A DNA stretch of 64,000 nt from Eledone cirrhosa (Eukaryota), in assembly GCA_964016885.1 (NCBI GenBank), contig OZ024743.1:72354001-72418000 (forward strand). The letters are read 5' to 3'. A model generated the notes under the pieces. It did no database searches. It saw nothing but the letters and a program-made list of their open reading frames with translations, and was not told the origin of the DNA. This document shows positions 12,649 through 25,912 of this stretch, in pieces. Made by a program: the position numbers and the translations under genes. Numbering within the stretch: position 1 is the first letter of the stretch; every line of letters starts with the position of its first letter.

Positions 12649-13995
12649 GATTTAATCTATTAGCCACAAGGGCCGACATGTAGAGGACAATACAAAGACA
12701 GGGACAGTGGGGGTTTACAATAAGGTCGAGTAAAAGTGCACAATGGCAAGACTAATTTAACAATGAAGATATAAAAATATAAAATAAACTATGCATAAAT
12801 ATAACAAAATAAATTCCCCGATATGGGGTGGACGACCCTCGGGTGACTCGGGTACCCACCCAATCCTGAACCACCCTGCACTCTAGGGCAACCAGAGAGA
12901 GCACCCCTCTCCTCAAGTTAGCTAGCCTATAGGCGCATGGTCAGAGTAAGCCCATTCACATGAGACATTCTCGCCACATTCACCCACCTTTTAGCAAATG
13001 TACTGGGGGGCAGCACTTGTCTCTCCACCCTCACTTTCCTTTTCAGGTGAAATTTGAAGAAGTTGATGAGGGATTGGCTGAAGAGAAAAGTGTCTGTCTT
13101 CAGTCCTTTTAACCTGGTCCACCATATAACTTTTTTCGCAACTGCCACCAGACAGAGGAAAATTTTCTGCTCTTCCTGATCTAAGGAAGTCGGTGGGTCG
13201 ATCTTCACTATGGACTAGCCGATAGCCGGATTCGTTCCACATGCGACAGTAGCTGTTCGACTTAACTCCACAAGTCATTAATGCACGGACATTGGACAAG
13301 TGTGTGCAGAACGGTTTCGTCGTTCTGTGCGCATCTTGGGCAGGTCCGTCTGACAGCACTTCTGTGCCTGTAGAGTTTATCCCGAACCGGCAGAGCCCCC
13401 CCGGTAGCACTGCCAAGCGAGGGATTTCTGGAAATTTTCCATCGTCCCCGGCTCAAAATTCCTCCGGTACAGATTGGTCAGTTCGACTTCGTCGAGGCCC
13501 AAAGCTTCTCCGAGTGCGTCATGGCACTTTCCCACCACTAATCCTCTATAGAACTCGAAAGTGAAAGTTCCACTGATTGCATTGCCCGCTTGGTAGAGGG
13601 CATTGAGTGCCTGGCAACATTCCAGGTGATGTCACCCAGTCTCGGTCTCTTCTTGACCCAGGACTGCAGCTCAGTTAAAGAAATGAGCTGCGGAAAGGTT
13701 CGTCTGATAAACGGCGACCACACCTGTTCACCGTTGAGGCAGAATATCTGGAGATGTCGAAGCCTCAACGCATGTCTGCGCATCATTAGCCACGGAATGC
13801 CCAGCACTCCGCGTAGAGGGTGCTGGCAGCAGATGGACCGCCTCACCAACGTAACTTGTCCCTCCATAAGAATTTGAAGAGGAGCCGTTTCAACTTGACG
13901 AGGCGTGGACGGGGGCAAGGCACGACGGTCAGGCGGTAGTATATGACGGACGCGATGTACGCATTCGCGACCTCCGCGCGACTTTTCAGTGATAG
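12649..13995 (-). mobile_element. Tx1-type element, diverged family D, 3' fragment (5'-truncated)
   Basis: Translates to LSLKSRAEVANAY, VRRSICCQHPLRG.LG.PWLMMRRHALRLRHL, CPRCAQNDETVLH..VQCP, homologous to A/E ORF2 but with a different 3' UTR. Its 3' end abuts (AAT)n. Confidence 0.88.
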
Positions 13996-14039
13996 AGAAG
14001 ATACGCACATGGTGGATAGGGTATTATGGAATCGCTCCC

Positions 14040-14986
14040 GTAAGATTTTGATTTTTTACATATTTAAAACAATTGTGATAGAATCATTCTTATTACAAAT
14101 GAAACGTAAGATATCAGTCTCGACTCTCAGGAAGTGGCAACGCATCACATTGCGGCATAGGGCTCCAATATGTAATATTTAATTTAATATTTAATTTTGT
14201 ACCAGAAATCTTATAGTCAGAAAAGGAAATGGCTAGAAAATAACAGCCAAATAACTTCACCACCAACACCACCACCACCGCCGCCGCCACCATCACCATA
14301 ACCACTACCACAACAAATCTAGCCAAATACAGACCAGCACCATCCCTATGGCGGTGCTGTCCCATCACCACCGCTGCCGCCACTGTTCCCTCAGTGCTTG
14401 AGAGAGAGTTGTTGATGCCGCTATGAATGAAGGAAAGCGAGCAAGGTATCAAAATATATAAATAGACTGGGTTAGTGACTCGGTCAAATAGCTAACAACA
14501 ACAACAACAACACCAAAATAATTATGTTGTTATATCTCTAAACTCTCTCAAAATGTTTAGTTTAAACAATATCAAATCTAAACTATAATATAATAATAAT
14601 AAGTGCTTCTGCTTTGGGCACGGGGCCAGCAATTTTCCCGGTGTGTTGCAGGTGCTTTGTGGTGTCGGCCACGTAGGGATGAGAGGGAAAAATATTATAG
14701 ACAGAGGCAAAGGCAACAACGGACACGGGTTTCAAAAGTTTTGAGCACAACTACCCATACTTCCCTTAGCAGCAGCAGCAACAGCAACACTAGTAACCGA
14801 TGTTACTGGCCTTGTAAAACGAAAAACGCAAAGGAGAAAAACAAACAAAAGAGGGAGAGAGAAAAAGGAAAGAAAAGCTAAGTCAGACATTCAAACATTA
14901 CAATGAAACTTGTGTTTGTTTTTGTTGTGTTTTTTTTTTTAGGTTTTTATCTATTTGTTTGTTTGTTTATGTATATTCGTCTACAG
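14040..14986 (+). other. Candidate GT-AG intron in Dong-C2 5' UTR
   Basis: Donor CC|GTAAGA at 14040. U-rich tract plus CTACAG|CGTG acceptor ending 14986. Homologous sites in C3. Confidence 0.4.
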
Positions 14987-15111
14987 CGTGATGGTGCCAC
15001 GCTAAAATCACCGGGGGTGATGAAATCACCGTTAGTTATGTAACCATACATTCACCAATCCTCGATATGAGTGCTTAAGTGTCGAACCTAAACAGTTCGA
15101 ATAACGGTGAA

Positions 15112-18100
15112 GTGGAGACTGGAATATCATGTGACAGACTCTCACCCAGCAGGTGTTCCCTGGCCCAGCAGCAGGGACGTGTCTGTCAACCAAATACTGC
15201 TGGTGTCAGAGGAAAAAGAAGAAGGAAAGGGACCAGAACCAACTGGACGAAATAATTGAATAGAGCTGTTATGCAATGTTACCTGAAGAGTAACCCCAAG
15301 GAAAAATGCTATGGGAAACGGATGCATAACATCTGGAACGAGATTGGTCTATTTAAATTAGATGAACAAAAATTGGTTGTGCAGGGTCGGGTAATAAGAA
15401 CTAATGGGTGGATAAGCGAGCTGGAACTGGAGGAACTGAGCAGAGAGATTAGGTTGGAAATGGAGAGTGGAGTATGCCAGGCAAACGAGCCAGTGGGAAA
15501 TGAAGGTGAAGAGGTTGAGAGAACGGGGGAACCATCCGAAGCAGACAATGATCTGAATGTTGAAATAAATAATACCTGGAACAAAGATACGGCCATTGAG
15601 GAAATGAATGCTGACCGGCTAGGACAAGATTTGGTTGATATCCTAAACTTAGTGGTAGATGAAATGAACAATGATAGTGGGAAACCTATGAACCTAAGAT
15701 TTGTAGTCAGGAAAAAGTTAAAAGAAACAAGAGCTAAGATAAACAAAGTCATCCCATACCTTGAGGCGAGGAGCCTTCACCAGTGGAACAATATCCCCAA
15801 AGCAACAGCAAAAAGGTGAGGAAATTACTTGGCATAAAAGCGAGAGGAAACAATAAACAAGAAAGATCAGAACCTTGGTGGAAGAAACAACTGAATGGTC
15901 AAATCAGGGAAATGAGAAATGACATTGGAAAGCTTGAGTCCCTACTGAATGGGACACTAAAAAACATAGACACTAAAAATAGACTGGAAATAAAGTACAA
16001 GACTAGGAGGAAAAGGCTAAATATTATCATAAAGGAACTGAAGCAACGCATTGTAGCAAAGAGTGCAAAAATTAGGCGATACGAGAGCAGAGTCAGTCAG
16101 AACCGCATGTTTGACAACAACCAGAAGTTGTTTGGACAGCTTGAATGGAAAGAAAGAGGCAACGACTTGATCCCTGAGGTGGAACAAACTAAGACATTCT
16201 GGAGAGCAATATGGGAGCAGGATGTTAAACATAATGACCAGGCAGAGTGGATTGAGACAGTACAAAGGGAGATTAGTGAACAGGCACACCAACAAACTGA
16301 TTTGAGTATCACAGTTGAAACTCTTAAGGCGCAGGCCAAAAAACTAACCAACTGGAAATCACCAGGCCCAGATGGTGTGCAGGGGTATTGGATTAAAAAT
16401 ATAACATCCCTCCGCCCGAAACTGACAACCATGTTCAATTACTGCTTGATGTCAGGTGAGGTACCAGAGTGGTTGACAAAAGGTACCACAGTTCTGATAA
16501 TGAAAGACCGAATCAAGGGTAATGATGTTACCAACTATAGACCTATCACATGTCAGTCCGTAATGTGGAAACTGTTGACAAGCATTATGTCTGAGGAAAT
16601 CTACCATCACCTCCACACAAACAACTTGTTACCGGACGAACAGAAAGGATGCCGAAAGAAGTCCCGTGGTACAAAGGACCAGTTACTTCTTGATAAGAAG
16701 GTAATGAGGAATTGCAAGAGGAGACACACTGGTCTTGCCATGGGATGGATAGACTACAAAAGGGCATTTGACATGGTGCCTCATTCTTGGATCACCAAAA
16801 GCCTAGAGATCTTCAAGGTGGCAGATAACATCAGACAGCTGTTGGGCAAATGTATGAAGTCCTTGTAAACAGAGTTAACATCAGCTGGAGAATCTTTGGG
16901 AGGCGTGAGGATCAAGAGAGGTATCTTGCAAGGAGATAGTCTGTCCCCTCTGTTGTTTGTCCTTGCCCTGATGCCCCTGACCATTATACTGCGAACAGTG
17001 AGAGCAGGATACAAGTTGGGAAAGGAAGAGCTTACCATCAATCACCTCTTCTTCATGGACGATCTTAAGCTCTTCGGGAAGAGTGAGAAGGAGTTGGATG
17101 TGCTTGTTGACACTGTCCGTATTTTCAGCAATGATATATGTATGCAATTTGGTATTAGTAAGTGTGGAGTCCTTGTAATGAAGAGGGGTAAATTGAGCAG
17201 AAGCAACGGAATCCAGGTACCAACAGGTGAGATGATAAAGGAAATTGACACTGAAGAAGGATACAAGTATTTGGGTGTTCTGGAGGCTGATGACATCAAG
17301 AAGAAAAAAATGAACGAATTGATAAGATCTGTATATATTCGGAGAGTAAGGAGAGTATTAAAATTACATCTGAACAGTAGGAATGCCATAAGTGCAGTAA
17401 ATTCCCGAGCTGTTTCTATTATTAGGTACAGTGCGGGAATTCTGAGATGGAGTGTTGCTGATCATAAAGAAATGGATAGGAAGACCAGGAAGCTATTGAC
17501 TATCTACAACATGTTCCACAAGATAGACTCTAGTTAAGGAGATCTGAAGGTGGAAGATATGTTATCAGCATAGAGGACTGTGTTCAGATGGAGAAAAACA
17601 ACCTACACAAATACGTGACTGATAGTAGGGAGCCAATGCTCAGAATTGTACTGAAGGAGAGGACAATAGACCAGGGGATATCCAAGTAGTAAATAACAAG
17701 GGGGAAGAGCAACCTTCATGAAAAATCCCTTCATAGTACTTTCTTTGAGAAAACTGATTTCAGAGTCCACAGACATGGAACTGGTTGAAAAGAGGAGACC
17801 TTAAAAAGGCTACAGAAGGAATGCTAATCGCTGCGCGAGAGCAGGCCCTCAAAACGAAGTGGCTGAAACACCATATTTACAAGGAGGAGGCTAGCCCACT
17901 GTGCAGGATCTGTGGAGAGAGAGAGGAGACTGTGGCTCACATTGTATCCGAGTGTAAACACCTAGCCCAGACTCACTATAAAGGCTGGACACATGATGTG
18001 ATGGGCAGGGTGATCCACTGGCACCTATGCAAAGTAAACAATCTACCACATTCTGAGAAGTGGTATGAGCATAACCCAGAGTCGGTGATAGAAAACGATC

Positions 18101-18463
18101 AGGTGAAGGTGCTATGGGATTTTAGGATACAGACGGACAAGAAACTGGAACACAATAGACCTGACCTGGTGGTTTTGGACAAGGAAAAAAGATTGTGCCT
18201 GATTGAAGATGTAGCTTGCCCATTTGACACGAGATTGCAAGAAAAGGAGAGGGAGAAAATTAACCGATATCAGGACGTAAAGTAGGAGGTAAAAAGGATT
18301 TGGAACTGCCATGATGTCAGATTGCCATAGGCGCACTAGCTACTATCTCAAAGAGTTTCCAATGATGGTTAAACAAAATTAGTCCAGCCCCGCATTTTGG
18401 AACACTTCAAAAGGCATGCTTGCTGGAACAGCAAGAACCCTCCGATACGTCCTGAATATCTGA
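15112..18463 (+). pseudogene. Dong-C2 RT-RLE ORF (start GTG where C3 has ATG; multiple lesions)
   Basis: Collinear with CDS 25913-29305. Fragments 15256-15819, 15783-16868, 16896-17537, 17785-18285. Confidence 0.9.
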
Positions 18464-18823
18464 GGCTGCAGGTAGTGGCTTGATATTTATTTCAACTAAC
18501 TTTCCAGTTAACCAGCATCAATGAGTGAGACTCAAAGAACAATAATAATAATAATAATAATAATTATAATTATGCTTTCTTTATTAACCACAAAGGTTTA
18601 ATAAAGTAGACATTAAGAACAGTACGGGACAATACAGGACGGTACAAATGGGCATTTCTGCGTGTAAAAAACAAAAACAGAGGATGTAACAAAAAATTAA
18701 CAATGAAAAATTCCCCAATAGGGGGGAGACTTCCGAGGAACATTTGTGGAAAAAGCCCATTAAAAGACCACAGTGACCTTGACCACCAGGGCAAGTGTCC
18801 TCTCCCAGTTTTCCACCTTTAAT

Positions 18824-21800
18824 TTATAGACACATACTCAGAGAAAGCCCATTCACTCGGGCGATACTTGCTTCTCTCACCCATCTTGCAACAAAATGTT
18901 GGGAAGAGAGCACTTCCCTCTCTACCCTGATTTTCTTTTCAAATGAAATTTGAAAAAGTCAATCAGGGCATCACCGAAGAGGTAAGTGCTCGTCTTCAGC
19001 CCTTTCAAACGTGTCCACCATACTATATCTTTCGCCATGGCCACCAGACAGATAAAAACTGCCTGTCCTTCCCGGCTAAAGTAAGATGGCGGGACAATCG
19101 TCACGATGGACTCAGCTGATAGCTGGATCCGTCCTACACGCAACAACAGGTGTTCGATATAAACCCACAAGTCAGCAATGCTCGGACACTGGACGAGTGC
19201 ATGAAGGACGGTTTCGTCGCCCTGTGCGCATCTCGGACATGACCGGCTGACGGCACCTCCATGCCTGTAGGGTTTATCCCGAACTGGCAAAGCTCCTTGG
19301 TAGCACTGCCAGGCCACGGATTTCTGGAAGTTGTCCCTAGGCCCCGGCCCGAAAGTTCTTCCGAAGAGATTGGCTAGTTGATTTTCGTCGACGCCTAGAA
19401 TTTCTTCAAGTATGTCGTCGCTCTTCCCCTCCACTAATTCTCTATAGAACGCCAAGGTGGAGTTTCCACCTATTACATTGCCCGATTGGTCGAAGGCTGC
19501 GAGCGCCTGAAGACATTTCAGTCTCCAAGCGCTAGTTCTCGGTCTTCGCTGGACCCTGGACTGCAGCTCCGTCAAGGAGACGAGCTGGGGTATGACGCGT
19601 CTAGCAAACGGCGACCACACCTGATCACCGTGGAGGAAGAGGGGGAGATGTCGTAGCCTGAGCGCGTGTCTGCGTATCATCAGCCACGGCATGCCCAGCC
19701 CTCCACCTAGCGGTTTTGACAGCAGATGGACCACCTGACCATCGAGGCGCGTCCCTTCCACGAAATTGCAAACGCTCCAGCTCAGTCACGCGGGGCTTAG
19801 GACAAGGTACGACGGTCAGGCGGTAGCAGATGACGGACGCGATGTACGCGTTAGCCACCTCCGCACGACCTTTCATGGATAGCTTCCACTCCATCCATTT
19901 CTGGGTGAGAGAAGCCACCCTGCTCGTCACTTCGTCCCAGTTTTTGTCCGTCTGGAAGTCTGGACCGACCAGACCCCTAGCAATTTAACCGGTACGTCCG
20001 TCCAGCGCCCGACGACGCTGTTGGACGGCATGGACCTGTCTCTCCAGGTACTGAGCTGCAGGCCCACTGACTTTTCCTGGTTGATCATTGCTCCTGTCAC
20101 CGCTTCGTATTCTTTTCGTGTAATGCCGATCGCCTCGATGTATTTGGCGTTCGACACCACTACGGTGACATCGTCCGCATATAGTGACACGGATCTTTCG
20201 CATCCTAGTTCGCGCGGGATCCTCCTCAACGTCTCCAGTTTGTGCAGTAATGGCTCGAGAGTCAATATGTATAAGAGGGGCGAGAGGGGACATCCTTGGC
20301 GGACAGAGCGCATGATGTTGAACGGTTCCGAAAGGTGACCGTTCACTCTCACTACAGAGCAGATGACGGTGTGCATGGCAGCGATCCAGCCTCTGAAGAC
20401 AGGCCCAAAGCCAGCCGCCCTCAGAACGGCCGCTAGGAAACGATGGTCGACCCTATCGAAAGCTTTCGACTGATCTAAATTGATCAAGGACCCACCCGTG
20501 CCAGGTTCCCTAGCTACCCAATCTACGATGTATCGCATGAGCTGGAGGTTGTCGTGGATGAATCTGTCGGGAATGGCGCATGTCAGCGCCTCTCCCACCA
20601 GACCACCAGCGACAAGCGACAACCTCTTTGCTAGCACCTTGGCCAAAATCTTGAACTCTGTGTTTAGCAGAGTTATGGGCCTGAAATTATCTATGTTATC
20701 CCCATTGTTCGGATCCTTTCTCAGCAGCGCCACAGCTTCTCGGCTCACAGAGCTGGGAAATCTCCCGTTCTGTTGCCAGTTGCAGTAGACGTCCGCCAAG
20801 AGGTCTGCGAACAAGTCTGGCATCTGTACGTAAAGTTTATAAGGCAGACCACCAAACCAGGCGATTTACCCCTTGTGCAGCCAGTCATTGCCTCCCGTAC
20901 TTCAGCTGCTGTTACCGGCTTTGCGCAACACTCCGCCTCAGTGGCCGAGAGCCGTGTCAGTCGGTCTAGGTAAACACTAAAGTCCATCCCTCGAGCCGGT
21001 CCACCGCTGCCCACGAACAGCTGTGCGAAGTGTCGCTGAAAAGCTTCACACATTTGCCCGGGATCGAGTAGCATCCGCCCGTCGTGGTCCACCAAAGACC
21101 GTATCGTGGCTTTGTTACCACGACTCGCCTCAGCCAATCGGGCCCATTGAACGGCTTTCGTCCCCTCGTGTCTGAGAGCACGCACCCTAGCTCTGACAAG
21201 CAGCCTTCGTGCTTTCCATTGAAGAATTGGTCAAGGGCAAATTTCGCCGCCAGAACGTCGGTCGCGATGCCTTTGCTAAGCGCCTCGTCTAATTTTCTAA
21301 CTAGTTCTACCACTGCTCTATTTTTTCTCTATTGCTAAAGCCTTACTAAACCTAATGGACTCTATTCTAATCGCTCTTTTCAGAGCAAACGACCACTTGT
21401 TGCTGAAGATGGCCCCCGTCAACGCCCGCTTAACTATTTCGCTAATCTTGTCTGTGTAGGCTTATCGCGCTGGTAAGGACGCGTTTAGCTTCCAGTAGCC
21501 GGGTCCTCGTCTATGAAGCCTATCTAAGTCAAGGACACAGATCACGAATCTGTGGTCCGTGCAGCTAACTATCTTGAATTGTGGACAGCCTATGGTAGAC
21601 CTACCTATTTCCCTACAAAATACTCTATCTAGATATGATCTTGATGACCCTATGAGATTTGTCCAAGTCCACATTGGCACATTCGGGAAATCCAATCGGT
21701 ACCTGTCAGACAATTCAAAACGCCTGAGCAGGTTGGTGAGGCTCTTGTACCCTCCTCCCTTATCTGCTAATCCCACACAGTCCCAGCGTGCATCTAAGAT

Positions 21801-22209
21801 CCCGTTCCAGTCGCCCACAAACACTAAAGAGCGGACGTTCTAAGAAAGCTCCCCAGACGCTGGAAGAAATCAGGCTGCACTGCTCCTGTCGGAGCATAGA
21901 CGCCCACTAGCCTATAAGCTTGCCCGTCTCCGCTGGTTACGTCCAGCACCACCAACTTACTTTCTGGGTCCAGGAAGATGGCCCGTATGGCGCAATCCAA
22001 ACCTCTCCGTAAAAGCACAGCAATTTCTCCCCCCGATCCAGGACGGCTGGGAGATGCGTACATATCGTAGCCGCCGAAGATCGGTGCGAAGGCCCGTGCT
22101 TCGGAGATTCTGGTCTCGCTGATTGCCACTATATCTATGTTTAGTGACCTGAGGTCCATGACAACCCCAAGCCACGCGTATTTATGCTGCCTATTATGAG
22201 TGAGGTCAT
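18824..22209 (-). pseudogene. Tx1-E ORF2 (APE + RT), disrupted
   Basis: DIVAISETR, GDWNG, SYLDRV, TDHR, LDQSKAFDRVDH, VRQGCPLSPLLY, YADD, CPRC..ETVLHALVQC. Several frameshifts. Confidence 0.9.
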
Positions 22210-22248
22210 GTTGAAATGGAGAGGAAAAGATGGTAAAGACCACTTACC

Positions 22249-24138
22249 TTACTTCTCGTAGAGGAATGATTGTTTCTCCATCCTTTTCACTGCTTGTGGC
22301 CTCCTCCTGGAGAGTGCCTGTCGGAATTCTCCGATGTCCTTGGGGAATTTTTGTTTTAGTGTCGTGTACGTTTTCTCTGTGATGCGAGTGATTTTTATGT
22401 GTGGAGGCATGTGAACTTTTGGTTTGTTGTGTAGTCTTTTTCTGTGATGCTGTTGTTGTGTTGGGCGTAGTGTAATAATTGGTTGTTGTTCAAATTTAAT
22501 GCTGTGTAGTGTGTATCGTTTTGGTTGTTTTGTTTTGTTTGCGTTTGTTTTAGGTTTGTTTCTGTTTCGCTTTTTGGTGACTTTTGGGGTGTTGGTGATG
22601 GTGGTGTTGGGGTCAATGATGGTGATGGTGTTGGTGTTTGTGGTCATGGGGTTGGTGATGCTGGTGTGGATGGTGGCATATCTGTCCTAACTTTTTTGTT
22701 TGATAGTATATTTGTTTCTCTCTGTATTTTGCTTTTGGAGGGGGAAGGAAGAGGACTTTTTCTCTTTTGGTTTCTTTTTCTTTTAATCTTTTTTCCTGGT
22801 ACCGTTTCCCACTCCTCGTCGTCAAAATCTGTCTTGCGATAGATCGGGGAGTAGAAAATCCTCCACAGGCGCTGGTTATGGTTGTGCTGTGGTGGATGGT
22901 GTAGGCGCTGGTGCTAGTTCTGGCGCGTTGGGTGGTGGTGGTGTTGGTTTTGCTACTGTTGCTGGGATTGTTGCTGTTACAGTTGCTACTGTTGTTGCTG
23001 CTACATTTGTTGCTGCTATTTCAGCTGCTGGTGGTGTTGATGGCTGATTCACTGGGGTGGGTAAGAGAGGTGGCCTCAACCTTTTAGCCTGAGGGCAGAA
23101 AACCCTTAGGTGGGTTCCTTCACCACAAACGACAATTACGGTGAGGTGGCTGCCATCAGTGAGGTCTATTACCTCTGGGATCTCCTCAATGCTTTTTTGG
23201 TCCGCTTGGATCAGGAGCTCCATCCCAGATCCGGACCAGTTATCCTGCTTTTATTTCGCTATTTCGATTATCTTGGTGTTGGCTTCGATGCCGGCGAGGA
23301 CGGTAGCCATTAGCCAGGGAATTTCGATGGCCGGTGGAACGTGGGTCACTCTGATCTTCACTAGTCTCTGGCCACAATAGCTTGGGACGAGTGTGAAGTC
23401 ATCACTTCTTAATGGGGCCATGGAGTGTTCTCTGGCCTCCTGTGGTGTTTCAAAGAACATGTCCCCGGTTCCATATTTCTGCCCACGTCTGATGTGGCGT
23501 TTTTTGCCCACACATGTCCCAAAGCTTTTTTGGATTTAGCACTCGGATGCCCGTTCCACTCGGTGCGATTTTATGTTAATCGTCCGATAAGACACGGTGC
23601 ATAGGCGCCGATGCTCCATTTTATTAGGTGTGTGGGGGGGGGGGGGGCTGGACCTGTACCCATCTTTCTTTACCATTCTTTTGGCTTCATCTAATTCCTC
23701 CCTAGTTAATTGGAATGCTTCGCACATTTTTGCTACTCTGGCAAAAGCCGGTAGTTTTTTTATTTCATTGTTGCTGTTGTTGTTATCGTTATTTTTGTTA
23801 TTGTTAATTTTAGTTTCAGTTGTGGTGGTGGTGGTGACGTCAGTGGTGTTCTGTGTGGAAGAGTTCATTTTGGGTGAATTCTTTTCGATATCACGAGATA
23901 ATTTATATTTTTCTTTTGTCTCTGTTGTCGCTGTGGTGGTGGTGGCGGCTTCAACACCTGCAGTCATTGGTAATGGCGGGAAACGAATGTCTGCCTGAGA
24001 CAAATTTAAAATATTGCTACTGCTTATATTTTTAGTGTTGGCAAACGTAGTACTATTTACAATGGTGGTGTCGGTGTGAGGTGTTAGTTTGTGAGGAAGG
24101 TGTGACCCTGAGTCGTCCATGATTTTTTCAAAGAACAT
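22249..24138 (-). pseudogene. Tx1-E ORF1, disrupted
   Basis: CTVSYRT..KS.RVE.A, TPQEA, LVPSYCGQ, and partial knuckle CGEGTHLRVFC, homologous to A ORF1. Confidence 0.75.
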
Positions 24139-24335
24139 TTTTTTATTTGATAATTATATAAGTTTAAATTTTGGGCTCAAGGCCCCAATCTTTTTAAGTG
24201 TGCTTTTCAGATAATAATGTATGTGCACTTATATACAGTTAACAATAAGAAATTCCATAAATGGCAATTTTAAACAACTGAAAATAACAAACCTTTGCGC
24301 ATCTCACGATAATACGATTTACTACGTAGGTCGCC

Positions 24336-24409
<74 letters not shown>

Positions 24410-24461
24410 GAATAATAACAATTATAATTATAATAATAACAATCATAATTATAATAATAAT

Positions 24462-24517
<56 letters not shown>
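24336..24517. repeat. Long imperfect (AAT)n tract between the 5' ends of Tx1-E and Dong-C3
   Basis: Direct observation. Confidence 0.97.
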
Positions 24518-24561
24518 GGGAAGAAGACGCACGAGGTGACGGAGGTCATGAAATAGCTCCC

Positions 24562-25784
24562 GTAAGTTTTGAATTTTTAACATATTTAAATCATTTGTGA
24601 AATAACAACTCTTAGTACAAATGCTACGTAAAGCACCCGGCTTGAGCCCCAAAAAATTCGGACCCAAAATATATTGTTATAAGGCTCAAATATTCAAATA
24701 TTCAACTTTGTATTGTACACTGTATATCCAAAAAAAAATGGCTATAAATGGAAGAAGAAGAACCCCCCCCCCCCCTCCTCTCCTCTGGCTACACTATATA
24801 GGACAGCTAAACTCACCAACACCAGAAACTAGATACACTACCCACCCCATCATCTGTGTACACTAAACACAACAGCATTTTCACCTTCACCGCCACCGCT
24901 CACTACGGCCATCATTACCACCACTATCCCATCACCGCCGCCACCACCCCTTGACTCCTTCACTGCTGCTGCCACCGCTACAGCACCATCACTACAGTAA
25001 TACGGCTCAAATATTCAAATATTCAACTTTGTATTGTACACTGTATATCCCAAAAAAAATAAAATGGCTATAAATGGAAGAAGAAGAACCCCCCCCCCCC
25101 CCCCTCCTCTCCTCTGGCTACACTATATAGGACAGCTAAACTCACCAACACCAGAAACTAGATACACCACCCACCCCATCATCTGTGTACACTAAACACA
25201 ACAGCATTTTCACCTTCACCGCCACCGCTCACTACGGCCATCATTACCACCACTATCCCATCACCGCCGCCACCACCCCTTGACTCCTTCACTGCTGCTG
25301 CCACCGCTACAGCACCATCACTACAGTAATACGGTCGCATCACCGCCACCACTGCCTCGGTATCGACATCACCACCACCACTGTCTCAGTATCGCCAACG
25401 CCGCCATTCTCTGCTGGCTGCCACTTCCACATTATAGAATTCCTACTACTAACAAAGAGGAAGGCATCAAAATATATAGATAGACTCAAAAGAAAAAAGA
25501 AAAAACAAACAACAAAACCAAAGCAGCACAGCAACAACAGCAAAAAACGAGAAAAACAAACAGAGAAAAACAAAAACAAAAAAAGAAACCCCCAAAACGT
25601 AAAGAAAATAAGAATGAAGAGAGAAGCAGGCGGACGGACAGAGAAGAGGGGGGAAAAAGTAAAACTTAAAAAACAAAAACTAAGTCAGACATTCGAATAC
25701 TACATTACAATGAAACTTATGCTTATTCATTTTTGGGGCCCTTTCTGTCCGTGTGTTTGTTTGTTTATGTGTGTCCGTATACAG
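24562..25784 (+). other. Candidate GT-AG intron in Dong-C3 5' UTR
   Basis: Consensus donor CC|GTAAGT at 24562. U-rich tract and ATACAG|CGTG acceptor ending 25784. Confidence 0.45.
24683..25332. repeat. Tandem duplication (~321 + ~329 bp) inside the C3 5' UTR
   Basis: GGCTCAAATATTCAAATATTC starts at 24683 and again at 25004. Copies differ mainly in homopolymer lengths. Confidence 0.95.
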
Positions 25785-25912
25785 CGTGGTGATAATGCCA
25801 CACAAGGGCCAAGTGGGATGGCGGATCCACAGATGGCTATGTAAACATACATTCGCCAATCCTCGATAAGAGTGTTTAAATATCGAACATAAACAGTTCG
25901 AATAACGGTGAA

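Larger units (their letters stand above)
13996..18540 (+). mobile_element. Dong family C, copy C2, full-length but defective
   Basis: 5' end (AGAAGATACGCAC..GCTCCCGTAAG) is homologous to the 5' end of C3. ORF has many stops and frameshifts. (AAT)n tail at 18541-18570. Confidence 0.92.
18574..24335 (-). mobile_element. Full-length Tx1-type element, copy E (defective)
   Basis: ORF2 and 3' UTR roughly 90% identical to copy A. Both ends lie in (AAT)n. ORF1 and 5' UTR are strongly diverged from A. Confidence 0.92.

Noticed and set aside
10484-18540. APOBEC-like G-to-A mutation of C1/C2 as the cause of the A/G asymmetry
   Set aside because: Outgroup family B supports A at several sites and TGG codons are mostly intact in C1/C2. 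Disfavoured but not formally excluded without a consensus.
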